Virus record (IMG/VR): IMGVR_UViG_3300030372_001278
Coordinates: 1-30,112 of that record
Strand: one strand, 5' to 3'
DNA: 30,112 nt
Origin: a virus
Lineage: Duplodnaviria > Caudoviricetes
Each line of letters begins with the position of its first letter. The first letter of the stretch is position 1. This document shows positions 22,676 to 30,112 of the stretch, in pieces. The notes under the pieces are model-generated. The model was not told where the DNA came from, searched no databases, and was given only the letters and a program-made list of their open reading frames with translations. The position numbers were made by a program, and so were the translations under genes.

Positions 22676-25600
22676 CTATTACCTCTACAAACGCTTCTGT
22701 ACATCTACAATTTACAACTAAACCAGCCGGAGCTTTTGGATCGCCCGGAAAGTCCAGTTTGATTCCATTATACAGATAAAAACTATCAGCCGGAACTCTT
22801 TGATTGTCTAATTCAAAATGTGAATCTCTTACAAGATTATCCCTTTGTGATACCCATTCTTTTTCTAAAACCTTACCTGTTGATTTTGCTGCTCTTTGTT
22901 GAGCCCATGAACTAGCTTTTAATACTTCTGTTCTAGCTATTGTTCTTGATCTTTTAAGTGATTGTCCACCTAATTGAACATTAATCTTTCTTGCAAGACT
23001 ATTAAAGAATTTGTCTCCATCTGGTGTGCCTGCTACTGGATTGACAATTCCTAGTTCTTCAAGTTCTTTAAGACTTGTTTCTACTATTCTTGATATTCTT
23101 TTCTTTGTTGTCCTGTTTAAATCTTTCATTACACTTTTCGCATTTTCTTGAAGAAAGTTTGCTGATTGACCATCTGTAAATAGTGATCCTACTGCTGCTG
23201 GTACATTTCTCTGCCTTCTATAAAAACCCTCTTCTACTATGTTATTGATTGATCTACCACTCATACCAAGTAATGATCCTGTTGTTGTCATAACAGTTGT
23301 TATTGTTTCTTGTTCATCAATACTTACACCAAGATCTACTGGATCTGCTGCTTTTTGTTGTTCTGACTTTGGAAACAAACTATCAAAAGTTCTTACACTA
23401 AAATCATCAGACAATGAGTAATACAATGGTAAAAACTCTTTTTCAAAGTTTGTACTATCTATTACCTTATCTATCTTAGAATCCATATCATTAAGGTTTG
23501 AACTCTTTCTTATAACTTTAGCAACTTCCCTTTTTTGTCTATTTAATTCTTTAGCGTATAAATTTTCAAGTGTTGATTCCCATCTTGATCGTAGATTATC
23601 TATTTCTTTCCAATAGATTTGTTTTTGTTCTTCTGTTTCTATCTTTTTGACTTGTGGTAATCCCAAGAATTTTACTGTTGGATCATCCCATCCATAAAAC
23701 TCATATCCTATTTGTTTCTCTTCTTCTAATTTATCAACCTGTCTTTGTGCCCATTCTTGTGATCTCATTCTGTTTTCTTTAGACAAGTCTCCTCCCCACA
23801 AAAGCCATGCAACTTGTCCTGCTGTGATTTCTCCCTCTCCTTTAAGATAATCATCAGCTGCTTCAGAATCTAAATCACTTTCATGCCTAGCGAACCATGC
23901 TGCCATCAATCTGACTTTTCTTTCAGATATTTCTCCATTAACCATTCTTCTAGCTGCTGTTATTGTTGCGTCTTGAAGTCCATCCCCTGCCTTATCAAGA
24001 TTATCTAATCCTCTTTGTGCGTTTCTCTGTATGTAATCTGGTACTGTATCTATTTGTTTTGAGTATCTAGGTTTCTTTGGTTTCTTCGGTTTTTTAGGTT
24101 TCTTTGGTTTTCCATACTTTTCATCTGATGCCTCTGGATGATCATCCGGAAGTAAATCTGTATCAAAAGGAGATCTAGGAAACTTACCAGTTTTCAATGC
24201 TTTTAAATAAGCATTTACGCGGGCCATTGCCCATTGATCAGCTGATGTAACATTACCTCTTACTGAGCCCGGATTAGTTCTATATGCTCCTACTCCTCTT
24301 TCAAATACTTTTCTTAACATTCCTAGAGTTGCTCTATATTTAGGATTATCAGCATTGTGTTCTTCTACTTTTTTCTTTAATGCTTTTTCAACTCTTTGAG
24401 ATAGTTGTTTTTCTTCTTCATCTATTGGATTAATTACTTGTAACTTAGATACTTCAACTGTTACTGTCCTATCTGTCCTTTGATGTCCACCATCTTCTAA
24501 GATAGCCCATACTCTTATGTTTGCTGTCTCTTCGTTTTGATTAAGTGATTCTATTACACCATTGATTGTTGATGGAGGATCAGGATCTTTATTTATTGAC
24601 CAAGATACAGAATCTCCTACTTTGAGATCCCCAAACATTGCTTTATATCTTTCAATCTGTCTTAACCTGTTCTCTGCCTCTTTTCTTGTGGAATAACAAC
24701 CAAACTTCCTTTTTCCATTCTTAGAGTAAACACAATATTTACCCTCTTCTTTTTTTATTTTTTTTTCCTCTAACCATGATATGTGTACTCTTTCTCCATC
24801 ATCTAAAATGATAAAAGTATCATCAAAGTTATCCTCATCCTCTTTTCTACCAGACTTCTGATCTTCCATTAAAGGATCTAAGTTTGGATCTCCTGTTGGT
24901 ATCTGTCCAGAGAATATCCTTACATCTGAACCATCTGTTGGCACTTCTACCTGTTGGATACCTCTTAAATAAACATCCATACTTGGATCATCAGCTGGAA
25001 AGCCTGTTGCCTTTCGTGCTTCAGCCACCGAAATAAACCCTGCTTGTAAACCTTTTACTATCTTATCCATTTCAAGTTGTTCATCTTGTTGAAGTGCTCT
25101 AACATCTGACAAATCAAACTTCATTATTAGATTGTCATCATCTGTGAAATCTTCTTGTAATAATTGGTTTGTAAGATCTTGTGCTACATTCTTCCACATA
25201 GGTATAAGTTTTTGTTCTGTGAAGAAGTTTCTTAGTTCAGAAACATTGTTATATGTACTTGATTCAAGACCACTTCCAAGACCTGCTAATATTGATGGAA
25301 CACCTAATACAGCAGATATTCTTTCTTCATTTACATGCCTTAACTTTCCTATCTCTAAATCTTTAGGAGAAAAAGAAAGAGTTTGTATATCTACTTCCCC
25401 ACCTGATATGACTAATGGTCTCCCCCTGTTTTCCCCGCCAAATCTTCTTCCAAAAGTTTCTGCAATCGTTTCTCCCTCTTCTTTTGTCATTGATAAATCA
25501 TTCTTTGGAGATATAACAACACCGGGCACACCCATGTTTTTTACAAGAGCAGATGCCATTTGTGCTGCTGCTGCGTCTCCAAGTATCTCTACCATTACAG

Positions 25601-26174
25601 ATCTAAGTGGTGCTAATCCTCTTCTATGGTTTCTTGGATCTACTTTTTCTCTAATATGGATCATATCTTCTCTAGGTATGTAGAGATTTTGTCCTCTTTG
25701 TTTATATTCGTAATGAGTTATAAGTTCTTCTTTTGTTCCTTTAACTTCTACATTATCTGGGATAAGTGGATAAAGTTGAACAACTCCACCTGCTTCGTTT
25801 TTTAGTTTGAGTAAAAAAGCATCTCCTGCTACTGAAACAGATGTAATTATATAGTTGTTCAACAAATTACCTGATAGATATGGACTTGGTTTCTTCATCA
25901 ACATTGTTGCTGGATGATTCAATATCTTCTCTTCTCCATCTCCTGACTGTTCATATACTTCTAAAGGAGCTTCTGAAAAAGCTGTACCTAATACATTTAA
26001 ACAAGCTAACGCTGCAGAGTTACCCTCTGGATTCATTTGATCTACACCACTAAAGAATCCTATATCTGTATTGAATGGAAAGACTATTTGATTATTAGGA
26101 AAGTTATTATACGCTTTAGTTTCTCCGGATTCCTGTTGTGAAAAAAAATCTCTTATATTATCTCTTATACCCAT
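22668..26174 (-). CDS. Portal protein fused to several small domains and a C-terminal MuF (gpF/SPP1 gp7-like) domain
   Basis: HK97 portal motifs (GDAFL, LYPL.P..V, GLAPL, ISAVLGVP) in the first ~400 aa; RTIARTE, KEW...D..VRDSH, PGDP...VVNCRC at the C-terminus. Confidence 0.9.
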   Translation of the reverse strand: MGIRDNIRDFFSQQESGETKAYNNFPNNQIVFPFNTDIGFFSGVDQMNPEGNSAALACLNVLGTAFSEAPLEVYEQSGDGEEKILNHPATMLMKKPSPYLSGNLLNNYIITSVSVAGDAFLLKLKNEAGGVVQLYPLIPDNVEVKGTKEELITHYEYKQRGQNLYIPREDMIHIREKVDPRNHRRGLAPLRSVMVEILGDAAAAQMASALVKNMGVPGVVISPKNDLSMTKEEGETIAETFGRRFGGENRGRPLVISGGEVDIQTLSFSPKDLEIGKLRHVNEERISAVLGVPSILAGLGSGLESSTYNNVSELRNFFTEQKLIPMWKNVAQDLTNQLLQEDFTDDDNLIMKFDLSDVRALQQDEQLEMDKIVKGLQAGFISVAEARKATGFPADDPSMDVYLRGIQQVEVPTDGSDVRIFSGQIPTGDPNLDPLMEDQKSGRKEDEDNFDDTFIILDDGERVHISWLEEKKIKKEEGKYCVYSKNGKRKFGCYSTRKEAENRLRQIERYKAMFGDLKVGDSVSWSINKDPDPPSTINGVIESLNQNEETANIRVWAILEDGGHQRTDRTVTVEVSKLQVINPIDEEEKQLSQRVEKALKKKVEEHNADNPKYRATLGMLRKVFERGVGAYRTNPGSVRGNVTSADQWAMARVNAYLKALKTGKFPRSPFDTDLLPDDHPEASDEKYGKPKKPKKPKKPKKPRYSKQIDTVPDYIQRNAQRGLDNLDKAGDGLQDATITAARRMVNGEISERKVRLMAAWFARHESDLDSEAADDYLKGEGEITAGQVAWLLWGGDLSKENRMRSQEWAQRQVDKLEEEKQIGYEFYGWDDPTVKFLGLPQVKKIETEEQKQIYWKEIDNLRSRWESTLENLYAKELNRQKREVAKVIRKSSNLNDMDSKIDKVIDSTNFEKEFLPLYYSLSDDFSVRTFDSLFPKSEQQKAADPVDLGVSIDEQETITTVMTTTGSLLGMSGRSINNIVEEGFYRRQRNVPAAVGSLFTDGQSANFLQENAKSVMKDLNRTTKKRISRIVETSLKELEELGIVNPVAGTPDGDKFFNSLARKINVQLGGQSLKRSRTIARTEVLKASSWAQQRAAKSTGKVLEKEWVSQRDNLVRDSHFELDNQRVPADSFYLYNGIKLDFPGDPKAPAGLVVNCRCTEAFVEVIDE
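24070..24110. repeat. 9-bp tandem repeat encoding KPKKPKKPKKPKKP
   Basis: ggtttcttt/ggtttcttc/ggtttttta/ggtttcttt/ggttt within the portal fusion. Confidence 0.85.
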
Positions 26175-27398
26175 TTAGGTAACTTCCCATTTTGTCTTAC
26201 GCACTATACCATGTCTTGCAGCGTAGCTAAGTGCATCCACCTGATCATCATGCGTTCCAGATGGAAAACTTGTTAACTCTTTCTCAAATTCTACTAACCA
26301 ATCTGCATTTTTCAAAAAGTAAATGCTACCATTTTCTATACCAGCTGCAGCAGGAACTGCTCTTGCTGTTTTAGATTTATCTGCTTTTAAATTCTTAATT
26401 GGTAGTCCTTGCCTTCTTGCCATCTGTATTATACCTAGTCCAAATGATGAATCTTCTACACCAAACCATGCTACATTCCAATCATCAATAGTTCTTTGGA
26501 TCTGTGGCAACATTTCTGGTGCTTCAAGTCTTTTTCTAAATATATCCAATACAAGTAATTTACCATCATTAGTTGTTGCTACTGTCATTATGACTGAATA
26601 ATCTGCTGTCTCCTTTATAGATAATGCAGTATCCATTGTTGCAAATACTGATACTTCATCAAACTCATATCTCTTACCATCTACTAAATATCCTTTGTTT
26701 GTTCTTTCAAAGTATTTAAACCATTCTCTTTTGAACATATTTCCAACCTCTGTGAACTCTGCTAAAAACTCCTGTGCATATACCAATGATCCAAGTTCTT
26801 CTCTTGCTTGTTCTAATTCTTCTTTTCTGATTCTTGGATTATCTATTGTTTGATAATGAAAGACTTTCCAATCTTTTCTTCTTTTAGCTGATTCAAATAG
26901 TTCAAAGAACCAGTTTATTGAGTTAGGTGTACTTATAAATAATGCTTTACCAAAGTTATCTGACAATATTGGTCTTACTGTATGCCATGTCTCTTGATCC
27001 ATGTAAGCAGCTTCATCAAAGATTACAAGACTAATACCACCAGCACCACGAAGAGATTCAGGTTTATTTGCTGATTTAATCTGTATAGATCCACCATTTC
27101 TCAATACAATTCTTTTTTCTACTTCTCTGATCTCTGCATATTGTTCTGGTAACTGTCTTATTAAAGATTTAAGATTTAACCAAGCTTCTAAACTCTGTGG
27201 ATAAACAGGAAAGATTAACCATACCTTTTGTCCTTTTAATGCTTGATCTACTGAACTAACAAGACTTAATGTACTTTTACCCCATCTTCTTCCAGCACAA
27301 ACAATCGTATATCTATTTTTATCTAATGATTTGATTACTTCTATTTGTCCTACATGAAGATCAGGAGGAGCTACATCAATAGTCTTGTTCTCCATCAT
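26175..27398 (-). CDS. terL: Terminase large subunit
   Basis: Walker A AGRRWGKS, Walker B LVIFDEAA, FISTP, QEFLAEF, nuclease HDDQVDA. Confidence 0.95.
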   Translation of the reverse strand: MMENKTIDVAPPDLHVGQIEVIKSLDKNRYTIVCAGRRWGKSTLSLVSSVDQALKGQKVWLIFPVYPQSLEAWLNLKSLIRQLPEQYAEIREVEKRIVLRNGGSIQIKSANKPESLRGAGGISLVIFDEAAYMDQETWHTVRPILSDNFGKALFISTPNSINWFFELFESAKRRKDWKVFHYQTIDNPRIRKEELEQAREELGSLVYAQEFLAEFTEVGNMFKREWFKYFERTNKGYLVDGKRYEFDEVSVFATMDTALSIKETADYSVIMTVATTNDGKLLVLDIFRKRLEAPEMLPQIQRTIDDWNVAWFGVEDSSFGLGIIQMARRQGLPIKNLKADKSKTARAVPAAAGIENGSIYFLKNADWLVEFEKELTSFPSGTHDDQVDALSYAARHGIVRKTKWEVT

Positions 27399-27876
27399 CT
27401 TCCCAATCCCATTTCATATTAATCTGTGGTACTTCTACATTTGTTACCTGTACCTGTGGATTACCCATTCCATAGATTTGAGCAATGATTTTATAACACA
27501 CATCCAATAATCCTTTTAATTCTGTTGGATTTAAGTTGTTTTTTGGTGTTTCGGCGATTTCGGCGATTAGATCAAACAATACCGGTTTAATATCATTAGC
27601 TAGATCTCTAGCAGTCTCTCCTATGTAACTCAAAACAGTAGATATTATCTGATCATTTTCTATTTTATTTATAGCGTGTAATCTATCTACCCAATGATTT
27701 TTCACAGATATTTGTGCTATTCTTCTATCAGAAACGCCGAAGAATGCCGAAACCTTTTTTAATGATCTTCTAGCTCCTAAATCTTTATAAAATAAGAATC
27801 TTTTGTAATCAATATTGGTTTCATCAATCTGTTGTTGATAAGGATTTGGTATATATAAATCATCTAAATAATCCAT
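27376..27876 (-). CDS. terS: Terminase small subunit
   Basis: Immediately upstream of terL; ET...Y..F..YKDLG..RSLKKVS HTH-type N-terminus. Confidence 0.75.
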   Translation of the reverse strand: MDYLDDLYIPNPYQQQIDETNIDYKRFLFYKDLGARRSLKKVSAFFGVSDRRIAQISVKNHWVDRLHAINKIENDQIISTVLSYIGETARDLANDIKPVLFDLIAEIAETPKNNLNPTELKGLLDVCYKIIAQIYGMGNPQVQVTNVEVPQINMKWDWEDDGEQDY

Positions 27877-27891
27877 GATATTACTTTAACC
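27877..27891 (-). promoter_or_regulatory. Leaderless-type promoter for terS
   Basis: GGT-TAAAGT-AATATC-ATG; no SD; same geometry as 8223-8237. Confidence 0.4.
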
Positions 27892-27906
27892 TAGTTTGAA
27901 ACAAAC

Positions 27907-27984
27907 TTAATGGCTTTTATCTCCATACTTACAATTACAAATAGTTATTATTGTTCCATGTTCGTTGATAAATACACTATCCAT
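27907..27984 (-). CDS. 25-aa CxC micropeptide
   Basis: Manual: MDSVFINEHGTIITICNCKYGDKSH*; ATG overlaps the end of the 62-aa gene. Confidence 0.45.
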   Translation of the reverse strand: MDSVFINEHGTIITICNCKYGDKSH

Positions 27985-28165
27985 TGTTTCTAAAAGATAT
28001 TGTCAACAACCATATCGTAAGTGTTATAAGTAAACCTATACCTGTTATTGTTGCCGCCTGGCCAGAAAGTGTTAGATAAGAAATTATTAATCCCAAAATT
28101 GTCCAGCTCAACGCTAGAGTTTCTCTAATAGCTTCAACTAACCATTTCCATATTTTTTCAATCAT
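27977..28165 (-). CDS. 62-aa two-TM membrane protein
   Basis: Two hydrophobic helices; ATGA-coupled to the large acidic gene. Confidence 0.8.
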   Translation of the reverse strand: MIEKIWKWLVEAIRETLALSWTILGLIISYLTLSGQAATITGIGLLITLTIWLLTISFRNNG

Positions 28166-30112
28166 CCTGTTCTCCTAGTTACCATACTAAACATACTTGC
28201 TATTCTTGTTAAAACTACCGGTACTAAAACTTCTTGTGCTTTTTCTTTCTGTGATTCCGGCATATTTGTTATCTCTGCAAAACTTATCTCTGAAAGATCA
28301 ACATCAACTAAAGTTCCAATAGGATCTGACAATAGTTGCTCCGCTCTTATCTCACTCTGAACATCTGCTAAGTTATAAGGCTGTAACGAACTATCCCCAT
28401 TTTCTATAGCTCTTTCTACATATTCTTCAACTGCTTGTTCTACAACCTCATCTGTCTCTACTAATTCTGCATAGATCTCTACATCTTCAGACTCAACATT
28501 AAGAACCTCTGCAACACTTTCTACCTCTTCTTCTGTAAGATCTTCTATTACTTCTGTACTAACAACCTCTGTTACAACTGCTTGAACTATCTTTTGAGTT
28601 TGTGTATCTGCTGTTTCAAGACTCTCTACCGAAACTTCTGCTACCTGTTCTACAACTGTTGTAAGTTCTTCCACAGTCAATGTTTCTACAAACTCCTCTA
28701 CAACCTCTTCTAATTCTTCCTCATAGATTATTTGTTCCTCTTCACTTAGATTTTCTATCTCATCATCAGCAAGTATTTCAATGTCTTGTTCTTCAAAAAC
28801 TTCTTCCAATTCCTCAACATTTACTACCTCTTCTATAATTTCTTCTACTATATCCACTAAGATTATCTCTTCTTCAAGTGTTAGATCTTCTTTTTCTTTC
28901 TCTTTTATTTCTTGATACTCTTCCTTAGTAATCTCTTCCGGTAAAACTTCTTCTAGTATTTCTTCTTCAATCTCTTCTATCTTTTCTTCTGAATATATTT
29001 CAACATCTTCTATATCTTCTTCTAATTCTTCAAACTCTGTATCCCAATCATCAACTTCATCTTCTTGTAATTGTTCTTGTACTTCTTCTAAATCTTTTTG
29101 TTTTTCTTCTTCTGATGGTGGAAATAAATCTGTTTCAATGTAAAAATCAACCATATCTACCTCAATATCCTCTAAATCTTCAATGACCACAAACTCAAAC
29201 TCTTCTAAATCTTCTAAATATTCTTCAACTTCAAGTATTGTTTCAATAAACTCTTCAATTTCTTCTTCACTTTCAAAAACCAATATTTCCATTTCTTCTT
29301 CATATTCAAGCCTTTTGACATCTTTTTCCATTTCATATTCAATTTCTTCTTCTGTAAGATCAATGTATTCAAGTTCATCTTCATCTGAAAGAATAAATAT
29401 TGAATCATCTCCCTCAATAAATTCATCTCCGATTTCCATATTTTCTTCAATAATTTCAATATCATAATTTTCTAAATCTCCGCGTTCTATTTGAGCATCA
29501 GTTAACTCAATACCATAGAGATCAAAGTTCTTTTGTCGCTCATTATCACGATCCAGATCCCCATCTTCTATCTGATCTTCTGTGTATTCAGCTACTGAAC
29601 CATCATCCATTATAACCTCTACTATTTCAGGTTCAGGCTCCGGTTCTGGTTCTGGATCAGGTGGAGGTGGTATATAAACAGTTGTAGTTGTAGGCGGTAC
29701 ATATTCTGTTGTTTCAAAATTATTACTATCTCCATTTGAACAACTTTGATTATTATCAAGATCTCCACAAGATGCTATTTCCCAATAGAAAGTACCTGTT
29801 TGGATATTTGTCTTATCTAATATGTAAGATCTAGCAGTTACATCATTAATTACAATTCTTGTCCAATCTTGATTGTTGTAGCTATAATTAATATGAAAAG
29901 ATACAAGATCTACTTCTCCAGCTGTATATTCCCAATCAAAAAAAACATCCTCTCCTCCATAATTAACAGATGTATTTGTTGGTGCATTTGGTGCTGTAAT
30001 AGGAACAGTTGTAGTAGTTGTAGAAGTAGTAGTAGTTGTTGTAGTTGGAACAGTTGTAGTAGTTGTAGAAGTAGTAGTAGTTGTTGTAGTTGGAACAGTT
30101 GTAGTAGTTGTT
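28162..30112 (-). CDS. C-terminal part of the large surface protein: Thr-rich linker, FN3-like domain, Pro/Glu hinge, long acidic region, hydrophobic tail
   Basis: Frame of track ORF 28162..29610 stays open to the window end: TTTTVP repeats, APNAPTNTSV...FDWEY...TGTFYWEIASC, PPPPDPEPEPEPEPE; ends VLVPVVLTRIASMFSMVTRRTG. Confidence 0.85.
   Translation of the reverse strand, partial: TTTTTVPTTTTTTTSTTTTTVPTTTTTTTSTTTTTVPITAPNAPTNTSVNYGGEDVFFDWEYTAGEVDLVSFHINYSYNNQDWTRIVINDVTARSYILDKTNIQTGTFYWEIASCGDLDNNQSCSNGDSNNFETTEYVPPTTTTVYIPPPPDPEPEPEPEPEIVEVIMDDGSVAEYTEDQIEDGDLDRDNERQKNFDLYGIELTDAQIERGDLENYDIEIIEENMEIGDEFIEGDDSIFILSDEDELEYIDLTEEEIEYEMEKDVKRLEYEEEMEILVFESEEEIEEFIETILEVEEYLEDLEEFEFVVIEDLEDIEVDMVDFYIETDLFPPSEEEKQKDLEEVQEQLQEDEVDDWDTEFEELEEDIEDVEIYSEEKIEEIEEEILEEVLPEEITKEEYQEIKEKEKEDLTLEEEIILVDIVEEIIEEVVNVEELEEVFEEQDIEILADDEIENLSEEEQIIYEEELEEVVEEFVETLTVEELTTVVEQVAEVSVESLETADTQTQKIVQAVVTEVVSTEVIEDLTEEEVESVAEVLNVESEDVEIYAELVETDEVVEQAVEEYVERAIENGDSSLQPYNLADVQSEIRAEQLLSDPIGTLVDVDLSEISFAEITNMPESQKEKAQEVLVPVVLTRIASMFSMVTRRTG
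30002..30111. repeat. 45-bp tandem repeat (~2.4 copies) encoding TTTTTTSTTTTTVP-type units
   Basis: Unit ggaacagttgtagtagttgtagaagtagtagtagttgttgtagtt starts at 30002, 30047 and 30092. Confidence 0.9.

Noticed and set aside
23700-24960. Intein explaining the oversized portal
   Set aside because: No intein N-terminal block, terminal HN-C/S/T or LAGLIDADG motifs seen.
27549-27568. tttcggcga direct repeat in terS
   Set aside because: Only two copies, explained by the coding repeat IAEIAE.
29214-29465. 83-aa Lys-rich ORF within the acidic gene
   Set aside because: Frame-shifted reading of GAA-rich codons.
4456-29467. All plus-strand ORFs in the track (e.g. 4456..4797, 19933..20361, 25132..25683, 29183..29467)
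   Set aside because: They lie antisense to well-supported minus-strand genes, have Ser/Phe/Leu-rich shadow composition and show no recognisable motifs.
30002-30112. Possible CRISPR array or terminal repeat
   Set aside because: Repeats are contiguous without spacers and encode an in-frame Thr linker; the two window ends share only low-complexity sequence.

Overview
The window appears to be an entire ~30.1 kb, AT-rich, long-tailed (siphovirus-like, HK97-type head) phage genome. Joining base 30112 to base 1 restores one continuous reading frame through a Thr-codon repeat, so the contig is probably circular or circularly permuted. Every credible gene is on the minus strand. In transcription order: (i) a membrane/surface module across the junction (61-aa TM protein, 12-aa Cys micropeptide, ~819-aa signal-peptide/FN3-like/Thr-rich/very acidic protein, 62-aa 2-TM protein, 25-aa CxC peptide); (ii) terS, terL, a 1168-aa portal-to-MuF fusion, prohead protease and major capsid; (iii) head-tail and tail genes, including two paralogous tail-tube genes, a tail chaperone needing a +1 frameshift, tape measure, and a tail protein with a cupredoxin-like motif; (iv) six paralogous tail-tip-like genes arranged A-B-C-A'-B'-C'; (v) metallophosphoesterase, DUF5675 protein and holin; (vi) a control region with a bidirectional terminator and a candidate anti-Shine-Dalgarno sRNA; (vii) an early module (SSAP, replication initiator with iteron-like repeats, SLT transglycosylase, C5-methyltransferase, Mom-like enzyme). 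I recognised no integrase, DNA polymerase, tRNA or CRISPR array. Gene content and leaderless-type starts suggest a low-GC actinobacterial host such as marine Ca. Actinomarina; this is inference. All family calls come from motif recognition by eye, not from database searches.
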